From positions 3,038,001 through 3,102,000 of the forward strand of contig NC_086108.1 of the NCBI RefSeq assembly GCF_963921235.1: a stretch of DNA of 64,000 bases. The letters run 5' to 3'. Origin of the DNA: Mobula hypostoma. Taxonomy: Eukaryota. Below the pieces are notes generated by a model. It did no database searches. It saw only the letters and a list, made by a program, of their open reading frames with translations, and was not told where the DNA came from. The position numbers were made by a program, and so were the translations under genes. Shown here piece after piece: positions 61,682-64,000 of this stretch; the first letter of the stretch is position 1; each line of letters opens with the position of its first letter.

Positions 61682-62632
61682 CCGCCTTCTCGCCCGAACA
61701 AAAATCATGCCAGAGCCCGTTCTCGAGCACTATATGAGGATGACTGTGCTCTTCTCACGCAGACAGAGAGGACGCGCTACAGGCTGCAGTCACTCAGTTC
61801 GTCAAGGCTGTGAGAGCTTTCGGGTTGACGGTCAGTTTGAAGAAAACAGTGATCCTCCATCAGAAGCCCCCTCGTGGTGTTTACATCCCACCTCGGATCG
61901 CCATTGACGACCACCCTCTCACCACAGTTGAGCAGTTCACCTACCTGAACAGCGTCATCTCCAGCGACGGTACGGAAGTAAGGGACGTTGACAATCGACT
62001 CACCAGAGCTAACAGTGCCTTCGGACGCCTCCAGAAACGTGTGGAAGAACCACCAGCTGCGTCTGTCCAGGTGTACAGGGCTGCCGTTGTCACATTACTT
62101 TATGGCTCCGACGCCTGGGACTTGTACCGCAAGCAAATCAGCGCTGCATCATGTCTCCAACAATGGCGTCCTGGAGAAGGCTCAATTTCCAAGCATTGAA
62201 ACCACTTTGCTGCTCAGGTAGCTTCGCTAGTCAGGCCACTTGTCTCTCATGGACAACTCCAGGTTACCGAAAGCAGCACTGTACAGAGAACTCTCTCAGG
62301 GCAAGAGAAATCTACTTAAGTAGCAGCTCTCTCAGGCAAATATCAAGGTCAATGAGTGGTAGCAGTGGCTTGTGACAGAGACCACTGGAGAACCCTGATA
62401 CACAGAGCACCCAAAAACGTTGAGGAATCCAGAAGACTGATAGCTGAAGAGAAGAGGAGACACAGGAAAGATCCTGCTACCCAAGTGACCACATCCCAGC
62501 CGTTCCTACGTCCCTCCTGCTCCAGAGTCTGTAGATCCCAAATCGGCCTTTACAGTCACCAACGATCGTGCCGTTGCTCCTGAGGACTCTTCCCTCCTGA
62601 TCTTCGCAAGCGAAGAACCAGCCATCATCATC
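61682..62632 (+). mobile_element. RTE-clade LINE 3' fragment inserted in the hAT transposase
   Basis: FGLTVSLKKT, VEQFTYL.S.IS, RANSAFGRL, C..CRSQIGLYSHQR; (CAT)n tail. Confidence 0.85.
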
Positions 62633-63199
62633 ATTCAATTTCTCATACTGCAACTTGTCCTAGCATTTTACCCACTATAATTTTACATGCTGGCATTATT
62701 AAGTTCTCACCAGCTGTGTGACTTTTCCTTTTCTGGGTAATAAGTTCTACTACTAAATAACTTGCTTCCTGGATTTTTTTTACTGACTGTGACTTTATTA
62801 ACAGAAGCTTTACTCTGTTTTGAGATTCCAATAGGCATTTAAAATAATCAGCACTTTTATGTGCCATATGGCTGGGATTTGTAGTTAGGTGTATTTTCAA
62901 TTTTGCTGGAGCCATTACTGCATTTGTAAGTCGTTTGCCACAGATTAGCATGTTGGAATGGGACAACTTGGATCAGCAGTCCATGTAAAACCCATTGATA
63001 AGTAGCTTTCATTAAAAAGACAGACCTTTTTGTGTTCATTACTGCATTTGTGGAGCGAGATGACCCAGAAGATTGTAATTCAAGAAGGGCCGCATTGGAC
63101 CATCAGACACATCTGTAAAACACAAGAGTGAATAAAATATAAAAATGGGTGAGTCCATTCAATGCTCAGAAAATGCACTTCATGCTCATCAGCCTGGAA

Positions 63200-63680
63200 T
63201 ACAGCGCTCGCCAATTATCAACCGTCTCCCCTCTGTGTGGTACAGCGCTCGCCAATTATCAACCGTCTCCCCTCTGTGTGGTACAGCGCTCGCCAATTAT
63301 CAACCGTCTCCCCTCTGTGTGGTACAGCGCTCGCCAATTATCAACCGTCTCCCTCTGTGCAATACAGCGCTCGCCAATTATCAACCGTCTCCCTCTGTGC
63401 AATGCAATGCTCACTAATTATCAACGGCCTTCCCTCTGTGCAATACAGCGCTCGCCAATTATCAACAGTCTCCCTCTGTCTGATATGGCGCTTGCTAATT
63501 ATCAACAGTCTCCCCTCTGTGGAATACAGCGCTCGCCAATTATCAACAGTCTCCCCTCTGTGCAATACAGTGGTCGCTAATTATCAACAGTCTCCTCTCT
63601 GTGTGGTACAGTGGTCACCAATTATCAACAGTCTCCCCTCTGTGGGATACAGTGGTCACCGATTATCAACGGCCTCCCCT
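63200..63680. repeat. ~41-bp minisatellite (~12 units) in the hAT subterminal region
   Basis: Unit TACAGCGCTCGCCAATTATCAACCGTCTCCCCTCTGTGTGG at 63200, 63241, 63282, 63323 and onward, diverging to the right. Confidence 0.93.
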
Positions 63681-64000
63681 ATTTCGTGTCAAAAACGGAG
63701 AATGGACACAACCAAAGAAACGTGGTCGTACTGAGCAGTATCACCCCGGGCTGAGAAAGCTCTAATGAGATTGCTGACAGGGCTGCACTGAGTGCTAACA
63801 TCGCGCTTTGACTGAAGTTCAGAAAATGATTTTTTTTATCACAATCTCTACCGGAACCCCAACTGACCTCTCGAGGAGCCCCTGTTGAGAAACCTTGCCG
63901 TAGGTACTGGAAATCTTGAGCAACACACACAAAATGCCGGAGGAACTCAGCGAGTCAAGCAGTGTGTGAAGTTCGTTATTTATTGAGAGATCCAGCACAG

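Larger units (their letters stand above)
59800..63897 (-). mobile_element. hAT Buster/Charlie-type DNA transposon with a decayed BED-finger transposase (~60690-63110)
   Basis: TIRs CAGCCTTTCTCAA / TTGAGAAACCTTG; 8-bp TSD CTGTAGAT / CCGTAGGT (central TA); motifs MAPAKLK.HL, KSHT.GE.LIMPAC, LSN.TIS.RI, FSIQ.D.STD, DWVKDPF. Confidence 0.88.

Noticed and set aside
63145..63734. Overlapping 90-190 aa ORFs
   Set aside because: Products of the 41-bp minisatellite; no recognisable domain.

Overview
Vertebrate nuclear DNA, most likely from a cartilaginous fish such as a ray (inferred from the HE1/V-SINE, CR1, Penelope and Rex1 repeat repertoire). Two host genes lie on the + strand. The first is the 3' part of NAPA (alpha-SNAP): six coding exons at 2378-40072, all with GT-AG junctions in compatible phase, plus a 3' UTR. 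The second is the first coding exon of KPTN (kaptin) at 58393-58624, the same gene order as I recall in human. The rest is largely nested transposons. These include a near full-length L1 with TSD carrying a Tc1 and an antisense copy of its own 3' end, a second Tc1 in a CR1>Rex1>Tc1 stack, Penelope-like elements, RLE-type Hero and R4 LINEs, RTE, Rex1 and CR1 LINEs, a Buster/Charlie hAT, several MITEs and three minisatellites. The most notable signals are: (1) a hammerhead ribozyme core in non-circularly permuted, pseudoknotted order in the Hero 3' UTR (49465-49530, minus); (2) minimal hammerheads in Penelope pseudo-LTRs; (3) an apparent precise intron absence in NAPA (one 120-nt exon where I recall human having 69+51). 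Family names come from motif recognition, not database searches. Boundaries of decayed repeats are approximate.
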